Assembly: GCA_964016885.1 (NCBI GenBank)
Contig: OZ024740.1
Location: 225,122,001-225,186,000, forward strand
Direction: 5' to 3'
Length of the DNA: 64,000 nucleotides
DNA from: Eledone cirrhosa
Lineage: Eukaryota
In this document: positions 52,860 to 64,000 of the stretch, piece after piece
Numbering within the stretch: the stretch's first letter is position 1
Layout of the letters: the number at the start of each line of letters is the position of its first letter
Translations under genes and position numbers: made by a program
Notes under the pieces: model-generated
The model's database searches: none
The model's input: only the letters and a program-made list of their open reading frames with translations
What the model was told of the DNA's origin: nothing

Positions 52860-53600
52860 CATCAGCTAGCCTTGTGGTTAATTGGACTGATTGCCCAGTG
52901 AAGCTGCTTGACATCTGGTTTGGGTCAGACCTCCAAATGGATAAGAACTGAGATGAGATGGGGAGCATAGTTTTTCGCCAAATCCAGAAGTGAATTGAAA
53001 AGAAGCTATCTCTAAAACGTCCGATAAAAGTGGTGAATACATACTTCACCTTTGTTATATATTGTTCCCTAAACATCATGTCTTAGCTCATGTTTCGTCT
53101 GAACTGATTGCTTTCTGTGAAAGGTACACATCCTACAAGTCAAAAGGAAGTCTCATTTGTTGCCAACATCCTCTACATAGAAAGCCTTGTGTACTATGGA
53201 TGATGATATGCAGACATATATTGAAACTGCGATATCTACAGAAATTACTTGTCTTTGAACTTGTGTGGTCATCATCTCTCAGGCACATTTTCCTACAGCG
53301 TTCTCCTTTATGGAGCTGCTATCCTTGGTTGAGTGAAGAACAAAATTTGGCACCTGGCATCTAGAAAATTAATAGGCACAATTGTCAACCAGCACAAAAA
53401 TATGGACAATAAACTCGGGTGGGAGGCAGACAGAGTAGTTCATTCGAGAGAAGGCTCAGCCCAGTGTGAATTCCCTGGCTTACCAGGTTTGGGAAAATCT
53501 CTATATTCCATGAGATTTTATCAGCCAATGTGTCTGAAATATGTGCATAGTGACAAAACAATTTCATTTGCATTACTGTTTTGTAGTAGGGTTCTGTTAA
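52860..53600 (+). mobile_element. L1/Tx1-like ORF2 fragment downstream of the RT, decayed
   Basis: WTDCPVKLLDIWFGSDLQMDKN*DE; KLSLK...VVNTY. Confidence 0.55.
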
Positions 53601-53887
53601 ACATGTAACTGTTCTAAATTTGCAAACTCCATGCCACATATTCAAGTATGAACACATTTATATGGGAAATTAATTTTAAATAGTTAACAATATAGAAAAC
53701 AGATTTTTAATTTACTTCTACTGGAATGAAGGCAAAATATTGTTGAGGGCACTCTTCAGACATCTTTTATACTAATGAAATTATGACTTGCAAAATCTGG
53801 AACATATGTGTGAAACAGACTTCAGAAGCAACAGCACAAGTTACATATCTAGGAAGGCAGTAAATCTAAATAAGAAATGATAGGGAG

Positions 53888-54747
53888 TACAAGGGACACA
53901 TGAATGTTTACACATCTAACAACATCATTAGTGCTTTTAGCAGAATAAAAATCACCTGCTCCACGTTCTAGAATATATACAACATCAAAGATCACTTTAC
54001 TAGTATGACATGGTTATGCAGCAGCTCGTTGATGCATATAGGTGTGTTGCTTGTGACCTTGGCTGCACATACTTGTTTCAACATGATCGATTGAGTCAGT
54101 CGTGAAATATTGCTGTCTATGAACAGACATTTTTTTTTCATTAACTGTTTCATTTGCTATGCAGGAAAATAAAAACAACGGTGAATGATCAAATTGTGTG
54201 TGAAACTCAACAAATCGATTCCCGAAACACTTTATTATTTAACGCAATATTACAGAGAAGCCACTTTATCCAAATGTAAGTTTTTTAACTTATATAACGC
54301 TTTCAAAGAGGGCTGGGAAAATGTTGAAGACGAAACTCGCTCTGGAATGCCAATCTCGTCAACAAATGAATAAAATGGGGAGGTGGTGCGAGTGGTAGGA
54401 TGAAAGTTTTGGGACAGAGAGTTAATCATACCTACTAAAGAGGTGTATTGGAACAACTCCGAAAACGGGTCCAGTGAGTCCGAAAGAACTTTGCAGGAGA
54501 ATGGGTACTGCATCACGATAACACGCTTGCTCAGATAGCACTTTCAATTAGACAATTTCTGGAAAAAACACAATAACTTGTAACTGACGAGATGTGGATA
54601 CCAACAGAAAATAACTTTTAGCAATGCTAAGCTCAATCAAAAAAGGTCGTAGCCTCCGTGTGAGTTTCCAAGAATCACAATTACATGTACGTCTAATATA
54701 CATTTAGATAAAACATCCGTACCCTTACTTTTGGGAAAACACTCGTA
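53888..54747 (+). mobile_element. Internally deleted mariner transposon
   Basis: IKLCVKLNKSIPET..LSK..F..FKEGWENVEDETRSG.P (HTH) and WVLHHDN...ALSIRQFL; ends ..ctcgta; left TIR degenerate. Confidence 0.85.
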
Positions 54748-54797
54748 TATATTTATATATATACATACAGAGAAAGGGAGAGAGGTGGGGGGGGGGG

Positions 54798-54963
54798 AAT
54801 GGCTTCTGTTTCATTCGGGAGAAATCATCTGGAAGCCCTGATGATTTCTCCCGAATGAAACAGTTCTAGTCCCGTAGAAGCCATTTCTATATTAAATATT
54901 TATATTCTGGTATGTATTGACTACCGTACTTACTGTGGTTACCCCCGATTGAACCCGGGATAA

Positions 54964-54965
<2 letters not shown>
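54798..54965 (+). mobile_element. Short PLE-like terminus with hammerhead-like core (54838-54871) and 5' fold-back
   Basis: CTGATGA-TTTC-TCCC-GAAT-GAAA-CAGTTCTAG-TC; inverted copy at 54798-54829; ends in (TA)n. Confidence 0.55.
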
Positions 54966-55007
<42 letters not shown>

Positions 55008-55724
55008 TACTGTCCTGTCTACTATCTCATCTATTCATCTTTGGAATCTCAACCCAACACACTCACATCACTATGTAAATGCCGTAGTGTCTAAGAACCG
55101 GCTGAAATACCACCACATGACCACCTCTACCAAGCGATGAACCCTATCATCTTTCTTTCATCCCCTCAAACCCGCTCTTTCTTATAATTCTTCCCTTCAC
55201 CTATCCCACATACCCAAACGTTTCATCTCGCAAAATCACCAATCAAAATGAAGTAAAGCTGACCACCATAAAAGAATGAGAATTGCTATATACTTGTTCA
55301 AAACTGTAAGGGGATCATTCAGTCATTAACTCAACAGAAGTCCGAAGAGGTTTTGATTCCAGAGTCAGGTCGGATCGATGCAAATCAAGCCTTGAGCTGA
55401 TCAATCGTGAAACGCGTGTCACACGTCAATAAATGTAATGGAGACTTAACACTTCGTCCTTTCTATTATTGGTAGTAGTAGTATATATATACATATAAAG
55501 AACAACGATGAAGTTTGTTTATATATATTTTGGTTTTTATTGTGTGTAGACCTGTTACAGCATTTCAGAGGGGATTGTTTCAAGGCCACCCAGCATTTAT
55601 CAAACTGGTGATTTAACAAAAATGCATGTAAACGAAACTTCAGTGTTTTTCTTAATTTATACAATCTGCTTTTGCATCAAGTAATCATATTGGTACAAAC
55701 ATCTGTAATTAAATGAATCACATA

Positions 55725-55777
<53 letters not shown>

Positions 55778-56599
55778 TGTGTGTGTGTGTGTGTGTGTGT
55801 GAGTATGTGTAGGTATGTATATGCTTATATATATATATATATATATATAAACGGACGTACATTTAGAAACAATGAGCGGAATTTTTAAATGTCATTAATA
55901 TTTTTCTTTACTATAGAAAATTAGTCTAAATAATAGGGCATAGAAGCTCCCTTAGCGGAAACAATTGACATAATGAGGCGTATCTGCCCTATTATCATGA
56001 GAAGCCACTCTGTTCCATCATTCTGACCTATTGTTTATTTGTGGTTTCTGTGGGTTGATGCATAGAGTCTCTTTCTGTCATCTTTGACAGTTCCATGCAT
56101 GCGCAATCCAAAAACTTGTGCTAGTTAAGGAAGAACACATCGGACCTCTTTGTTTTGCATTTGAACATAGGGTTTAACTCTGAAATTTGTGTTTAATTAT
56201 ACATTTTCAATATCATATTTTATTTTATTTCAATTCATTCACTTATTCAATTATCTAATTACAATATTTTAATAAAAAATATCCGGAACATTGGATCGTC
56301 TGGTTTTAATTTTACTTCAATATATTGTAGAAGGCTTAGAGAATTTTCCAGAATTATAAAATGTTTGTGATTAACATCATAAATTGCTCACAATTCTTTC
56401 AGAAGAACATAACAAATATAATGTCAATCATAAACACAAATATAAACGCATAAATGAGAGAGAAAAAACATTACTTCATTTTGTTTTATTTGTCCGCTAT
56501 TGCTCTTTAGATATATCTACCGCATTATGCTAGCCTTCTGAAATATTTATAAATTCTCTGTCTCTCTCTCTCGCTGAGAGAGAGAGACAGAGACAGAGA

Positions 56600-57138
56600 G
56601 AACGGATACGATATTTGTAAACCATATAACATTTAGTATAATATAATGCTTGCAGAATGAAAACACAAACACATATATATACAAATATAAACGCAAAAAT
56701 AGATAAAATAAAACATAGACAAAAAGAAAAAAGGGAGCAATTCAACAACAAGTGCGACAATCGGCCGCACATCACATTATAAGAGTTAACTAAACAGTTT
56801 GAGGCAAGCCAACACGCTCGCAGTATTGACACGGCTGATGGCGAGGCTCAGGCCCTGGCATCACCCGACACCTCAGTAAGGTGAGCAACCAGTGATGACA
56901 AGAACGTTGCTGTTGGCAGCCTCGACTCCACCAAACGTCTTGAACGCCACAGGCTGGAAAATAAATAATTACTGGATAAATCAAGACATTTCCAAATTTT
57001 ATTCCATTCAGCAACGGAAGCAGTGACTCCACGCCCACATTTACCGCGACGTCCATGATGTGGGAGGAAGTGAACGAATCACTGACTGTGGCATTCCAGA
57101 TGAGACACCTACCTCTTACCCAATGTCAAAGGATAAGG

Positions 57139-57140
<2 letters not shown>
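56600..57140 (-). mobile_element. L1/Tx1-like LINE 3' end
   Basis: DVWWSR motif in ORF 56790-57056; 3' UTR homologous to 715-885. Confidence 0.55.
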
Positions 57141-57195
<55 letters not shown>

Positions 57196-57202
<7 letters not shown>

Positions 57203-58330
57203 ATACTTTGGGAGGGTCATACTGCCAATAAAAACACACGCACCTGTTGATTTTCACTTCAATTTATTATAAATTTCTGGTTGGCTGGTTGGTTGGTTCG
57301 ATAACAGGATGGTTGTTTATATATTGTCAAAGTTCTTTTGTCACACATTCTGTGACTTCCTCAGTGACTAGGTTTTTACTTTGTGTCCCTCCTTTATTCT
57401 GTCCTACACCATCTTGTTTGTGTGTGTTGTGTGATTAGTTTACGCATGCGTTACATCCGGGTGTGTGTGTGTGCATGTTTTTATTTATTTGTTTATGTGT
57501 TTATTTACTTGACCCTTCTTTGTTGGTTGTTCTATCTGTGTGTCTAATTTGTTTTATAAGTTTGGTTATTGTGAGTGTGTCTGAATGTCTACATGTTGTC
57601 CTTAATTACTAGTTGTGATGTTGCTATTCCACTCATGTTTTCTGTTTAATTTTTGTTGGAGTTCATTTATGTTTGTTGTCTCTGTGATTTGTCTGAGCAT
57701 TGCATCTTTTCTGTGTGTGGATATAATTTTTATCTCTAAGTTGTCTAATGTGCCCCTACGTTCTATTTTGGTGGAGTACTGATGGCATGTTGGTGGAGTA
57801 CTGATGAGTTTTTCCCATCCTGGATTCTCGCCAGTGTTCACTTATTCTTTCTCCGATGCTATGGGTTGTTTCACCTATGTTCTTCTTCCTACACTGTCCC
57901 TCGTACATCTTATGCTATATACTACGTTCCTAGTTCTGCAGTTAGTTTGCAGGATTAGCTTGCAGACTATGCATTTCCTATCAGCACAGCGATCTTTGAA
58001 ATGAGTATGTTTTACTAATTATGGTTTTTATGGGAATACCTGGTCTTTCAAATATCTTAATACTTGTTTTGAGCTTGTCTAGGGCCCTTCTAAATCTGTA
58101 AGCTAGTTCGCCTCTAGGGGTTGTATTGACGAACATTACACTCTTGTATTTATTGCTATCATACCATGAGTTGATTTTATTAGTTTTAATTCTAATCCTT
58201 TCTATTCTGTTCCAAAATGTGCTCCTATACATGGGTGAAATCCCATTTGCATCATTTTCTACAATTAGAAAAAACATATCAGGTGCATGAGCTTTTATTG
58301 GCAGCATGACCATCACAAAGTATAACAATA
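57196..58330 (-). mobile_element. Penelope-like element (Naiad-like) 3' fragment with GIY-YIG, hammerhead and inverted terminal copy
   Basis: KSVMFVNTTPRGEL..IKIFERPG; CADRKCIVC..NCRTRNVVYSIRC; NIGETTHSIGERISEH; MLRQITE..LNRKHEW; terminus 57196-57246 inverted at 58280-58330. Confidence 0.85.
57326..57368 (-). ncRNA. Type I hammerhead ribozyme, one core mutation
   Basis: GTCA-CTGAGGA-A-GTCACA-GAATG-TGTGAC-AAAA(for GAAA)-GAAC-TT^-TGAC; stems I and II pair. Confidence 0.65.
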
Positions 58331-58403
58331 TCTGTTTCAACACATGCTTTCATATAAGAAATCATACAAAACAAATTTGAAACCGAAATATATATATATA
58401 TAT

Positions 58404-58567
58404 ATAGAAAGATTTGAATGGATACAGTTTAGTTGAAAGGAATTTATTGACACGTGTTTCTATAACAGTTACATAACCTGAAAACAGCTTCAGGTTATGT
58501 AACTGTTATAGAAACACGTGTCAATAAATTCCTTTCAACTAAACTGTATCCATTCAAATCTTTCTAT
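58404..58567. repeat. Perfect hairpin: 79-bp arms, 6-nt loop, at the 5' end of a short insert (to ~58678) in (TA)n
   Basis: 58404-58482 is the exact reverse complement of 58489-58567; contains GAAACACGTGTC-AATAAA. Confidence 0.97.
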
Positions 58568-58674
58568 TTTTCTCCGGATTACTTTTGGAATTTCAACTGG
58601 AACCGTCGAGCAAACTCTACGTGAGCTGTCAATCTACTGTGTGTAATATTTATATTACAACACAACGGAAAATA

Positions 58675-58712
<38 letters not shown>

Positions 58713-58885
58713 AGACCCGTAACGAATAATTTAAGGTACAAAAATAAACTTTATTCATAACTATTTCTTTGCTACTCTGAAGAATTTAAAAGAGTCAATT
58801 AACACCAGACAATATTATATATTCATCTAATCCACCACCCTATCACTTTTTTCTTCTTCTCTCTCTTTCTTCCTTTCTATCTTCC

Positions 58886-59184
58886 ATAAAACAATGCAGT
58901 GAATATTGGTGGACTTAATAGGCAATTGAACACTTGGCAGTTAGGCTGTGCTACTTGAGTCTGGAGCAATGAGGAATGGTGTTATATAAATAAAAATGAT
59001 GTTTCGTTTATACCTATTTATATTTTATTGTGTATCGACCTGCTATGTGCATTTCACAGAAGATTAGTTCATGGTAACATAAACGTTATGGACCTGACTC
59101 CAATATCGATTTGCTCTTCAAATTGGGGATTCATCAAAATTGCATCTAAATGGAATTTCTTAATATATAAACTCTGTCTGTGCA

Positions 59185-59232
<48 letters not shown>

Positions 59233-59560
59233 TATGTGATTCAGTGGATCATCATCATCATCATCATCATCATCATTTCATTTTACGTCCACTTTTCCCT
59301 GCTTGCAAGGGTGGGACGGGAACTGATTCTGGCATGATTTCTACAGCTGGATGCCCTTCCTAACACCAACCTCATTTACAGTGAGTGGTGGGTGCTTTTT
59401 TGCCGTGGCACCTCCACGTCTACTTTGCAGTGGAATGATAGGGACCCCAGTCCCTATCATCTCATTTCTACAGCTGAGTAAACTGGAGCAATGTGAAATA
59501 AAGTGTCTTACTCAACGAAACTGCCAATATTACACAAATATGACCCTCCCCAAGTATAAC

Positions 59561-59599
<39 letters not shown>

Positions 59600-59968
59600 A
59601 TGGAGGCACATGGCTTAGTGGTTAGAGCATTGGGCTTGCAATCGAATGGTTGTGAGTTCAATTCTCAGACCAGATGATGTTTCCCTGAGCAAGACACTTT
59701 ATTTCACATTGCTCCAGTTTACTCAGCTGTAGAAATGAGATGATAGGGACTGGGATCCCTATCGTTCCACTGCAAAGTAGACGTGTAGCTGCCACGGCAA
59801 AAAAGCACCCAGCACTCACTGTAAATGAGGTTGGTGTCTGGAAGGGCATCCAGCTGTAGAAATCAAGCCAGAATCAGTTCCCGTCCCACCCTTGCAAGCA
59901 GGGAAAAAGCGGACGTAAAATGAAATGATGATGATGATGATGCATTGAATCACATACACTATATATAT

Positions 59969-60005
<37 letters not shown>

Positions 60006-60307
60006 CAGTGCACAGACAGAGATTATATATTAAGAAATTCCATTTAGATGCATATTTGATGAATCCCCAGTTTGAAGAGCAGATCGATATTGGAGTCAGG
60101 TCCATAATGTTTATGTTACCATGAACTAATCTTCTGTGAAATGCACATAGCAGGTCGATACACAATAAAATATAAATAGGTATAAACGAAACATCATTTT
60201 TATTTATATAACACCATTCCTCATTGCTCCAGACTCAAGTAGCACAGCCTAACTGCCAAGTGTTCAATTGCCTATTAAGTCTAGCAATATTCACTGCAGT
60301 GTTTTAT
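58886..60307. repeat. Large inverted repeat: ~625-bp arms (58886-59514, 59686-60307), ~170-bp spacer
   Basis: Mirror ORFs MCIDLLCAFHRR at 59028(+) and 60165(-); arms include the SINE B 3' part plus flank. Confidence 0.96.
59602..59942 (+). mobile_element. SINE family B, full length
   Basis: tggcttagtggttagagc A box, gagttcaattc B box, RTE tail, (TGA)n. Confidence 0.92.
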
Positions 60308-60481
60308 CCCATTGTCCCATTTTTGTACGCCCCTGTGGCAAATAAATATATATATATATATATATGTTATTAATTATATATATGTTATTAATATATATAT
60401 ATATGTTATTAATTCTGGCAATATTACACAAATATGAACCTTCCCAAGTATAACAATATATATATATCTATATATATATAT

Positions 60482-61589
<1,108 letters not shown>

Positions 61590-61590
<1 letters not shown>

Positions 61591-62105
61591 GGTAACATGT
61601 AACCCAGTACAACCTGACGCATGGTCGGGTCGTCGGCGACTAAACCGGCAACCCCACCAAGTTTACTTGGTGAGGAGGGTTATTTTGGACACCCTGCAGA
61701 ACAAAAAACAAAACCTGACAAAGGGCGGAAGAACTCAAGAGTCAACGGCCATCCAAAAGTGTGTAAAGATATGTGTATATGTATGTATATGTGTATATAC
61801 ATGGGTGCATGTGTATGTATATGCGCCGGGACATAGAAATAGTCGGGCTGGACACCCGATCACGTGGTTAAAACACTGGGAGTGAAGGACCCCTAGACTT
61901 TGTCAGGGCATTCTTCTAGGAGAAGGCAACTCAGGAAACTTGGATAACTCCAATATAATACCTGCGGCTCAGTAGTTACCGATGATGTTGATCTTTTCTT
62001 CTTTTCGGGTTATAGCTACTGTCGCTCAGAGAGTGGGATTGGCTCAGTGTACAGTCTTTCCTCACTTTAAAAAATATCTTCACGCACAGTCATTGCACGA
62101 TGAAA
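61590..62105 (+). mobile_element. GC-richer non-coding element, probably a non-autonomous retroelement
   Basis: Hairpins gtcg-tcgg-cgac and caccaagt-tt-acttggtg; 'tctaggagaaggcaactc' resembles RTE 5' UTRs; ends in an AAT-rich tail. Confidence 0.4.
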
Positions 62106-62149
62106 TTAATTAATAATTATTAACAATGGTATTAATAATTATTAATAAA

Positions 62150-62340
62150 GGCGGTGAATTGGCAGTATCGGTGGAGGGTTGGACGCCATGCTTTCTAGCA
62201 TAGTTACGTCCCTTTACAGTCTGAGTTCAAATCCCGCCGAGGTTAACTTTGCCTTTCATCTTTACGGGGTCGATAAAATAAAGTACCAGTAATGTAATAG
62301 GTATTTGCTGGCCTTGTGTCTACAGTAGAAACAATTATTA
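62150..62340 (+). mobile_element. SINE family A, full length
   Basis: Consensus match; probable TSD ttattaa(c/t)aatggtat. Confidence 0.92.
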
Positions 62341-62411
62341 ATAATGGTATATCATGCAATGGCCATACTCGATAACGAGGGGGCAGCCATCATATATATA
62401 TATATATATAT

Positions 62412-62649
62412 TGAGGCCTGTAACCAAGACAATAAACTTAATTCATAATTTTTGCTTTGCTACTCTGAAGAATTTAAAAGTATCAATTAACACCAGACAA
62501 TATTATATATTTATCTAATCCACCACCCTATCACTTTTTTCTTCTTCTCTCTCTTTCTTGTTTTATATCTTCCATAAAACAACTTAGTGAATATTGGTGG
62601 ACTTAATAGGCAATTGAACACTTGGCTGTTAGGCTGTGCTACTTGAGTC
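62412..62649 (+). repeat. Direct copy of 58710-58961
   Basis: ctttgctactctgaagaatttaaaag...gtgaatattggtggacttaataggc...ctacttgagtc present in both. Confidence 0.92.
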
Positions 62650-63760
62650 AGTAGAAATGATGACTGTTGATTTACAACTAAAGTATATATACGACTATAA
62701 TTTTAATTCAGACATCAATATCTTTGATAGTTCTTCTCTTACTGTGGATTCACATCTCTGAAATAATTTAGTTATATTCGTTTATTTTATAACAAAACCA
62801 TTTTGATTTCTTTTCCACATTTTCGTTACTTTTTATTATTTTTATAACATTTTTACTGATATTATTTCAATGTAATTGTGGATATTTTTATTTCAAATTT
62901 TATTCTGTAGACGAAAACATTTTTCGATTCATTTATTTTTGGTTTAATTTTCATTTTACTTATTTTTTACCTTTTTCTTTTTCCTGTTTACACCCAGCTG
63001 TATCTTTCCTTTCTTACTCTCCTTTACTGTCCTCCCCCTACACTCCATTATAAAACATCCATTTATATAAATGTTGCTTTTCTTCTAGATCAACTTCCTG
63101 TTTACACTTCCACTCCCCATTTTCCTCCTTCAGTTCTTCCACTTCTTTCTTTTACCCTTGAAGGAAATTTGTTAAACAAGAGAAGATATGGTTTTATTAA
63201 CAAGAAATATTTTTAAATTCCCAAGAAATCATTATTGTTGTTGTTGTTGTTGTTGTTGTTTTTGTTGTTAATTATTTATTTATTTTCTTTCTTTCCTTAT
63301 TTTTTTATTTTGCATTGGAATGTTTCTCCTTTGCAACTTTCCTACTTTCTGTCTTCTCCATCAGAACTTGCTCTGTGAATCATTCCATTGTATATGATCC
63401 ATAAAACACAAACACACACACACACAAACAAAAATTAAGCAATTTCTAAAGATATTGAAACGAAATGAAAACATCTATGAAAGATTGAAAGAAAATGGAA
63501 ACAAGATTAAGAAAAGACGAAACATCTCCATAGATGTAGTGATTTGGAAAGTTTTATTTTCACATTAAATTTCAAAGCTTATATTTCGGTAAAGTTCTGG
63601 TCAAAAGTTATTGGACGTATGTAACAATACTTTCTTTACTTTATGCCCCCATATATATATATGCGGGGGACATAAAGGAAACATAAATATAAAGGAAACA
63701 CAAACGACACTACAATGAAAAGATATATTAGTTTAATGCTTGATATAGTATAAAAAGGCT

Positions 63761-63795
63761 CTCAATGTTTCGGACACTAGTCCTTCATAAGCAGA
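63761..63795 (-). ncRNA. Degenerate minimal hammerhead motif in a short TA-flanked element (~63660-63830)
   Basis: CTTATGA(for CTGATGA)-A-GGAC-TAGT-GTCC-GAAA-CATT. Confidence 0.5.
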
Positions 63796-63928
63796 TAGAA
63801 TGAGAAATTAAAGATTAAATAGAAAAATAAAATATATATATATATATATGTGTGTATGTGTGTGTATATATATATCAATGATATTAAATAAATGGAAACT
63901 ATCTTTATAAAACTATATTTATTCTATT

Positions 63929-64000
63929 GTGAATTGGCAGTATCGGTAGATGGTTGCACGCCATGCTTTCTAGCATAGTTACGTCCCTTTACAGTCTGAC
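63929..64000 (+). mobile_element. SINE family A 5' part (cut by window edge)
   Basis: gtgaattggcagtatcggtag..catagttacgtccc. Confidence 0.88.

Noticed and set aside
55340-55435. ccgaaga...gaaacgcgtgtc, possible hammerhead
   Set aside because: Core mutated and stems I/II cannot be assigned consistently
57370-58000. Selenocysteine/SECIS in the Naiad-like element
   Set aside because: The TGA ending ORF 57981-58343 is explained by a frameshift, the Cys codons are TGY, and no AUGA..AA..GA SECIS stem was seen in the 3' UTR
59602-59675. tRNA gene
   Set aside because: A/B boxes belong to SINE heads; no complete cloverleaf, and the sequence continues into the SINE body

Overview
AT-rich, repeat-dominated eukaryotic DNA. 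The SINE families, the RTE LINEs with (TGA)n tails and the dense (TA)n/(CA)n/(ATC)n microsatellites point to an octopus (coleoid cephalopod) genome; this is an inference from recognised repeat types. I find no supportable host protein-coding gene, so the window reads as intronic or intergenic. Most ORF-track entries are microsatellite artefacts or antisense readings of transposons. Recognisable content: decayed non-LTR retrotransposons (RTE, including a 441-aa RT ORF with an inserted PHD-type finger; CRE; R4/Dong; CR1; L1/Tx1), several Penelope-like element (PLE) remnants (Neptune-like and Naiad-like GIY-YIG), two abundant tRNA-derived SINE families, a deleted mariner and several MITEs. Two signals stand out. 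(1) At least six insertions carry a fold-back inverted copy at their 5' end. The copy is of their own 3' part and/or the downstream genomic flank; the 32.8-33.3 kb case keeps the TSD and junction microhomologies that suggest snap-back DNA synthesis. (2) Type-I hammerhead ribozyme motifs from several PLE-like families are scattered through the window, including an apparently intact family at 15.7 and 40.2 kb. Boundaries of old elements are approximate and were read by eye.
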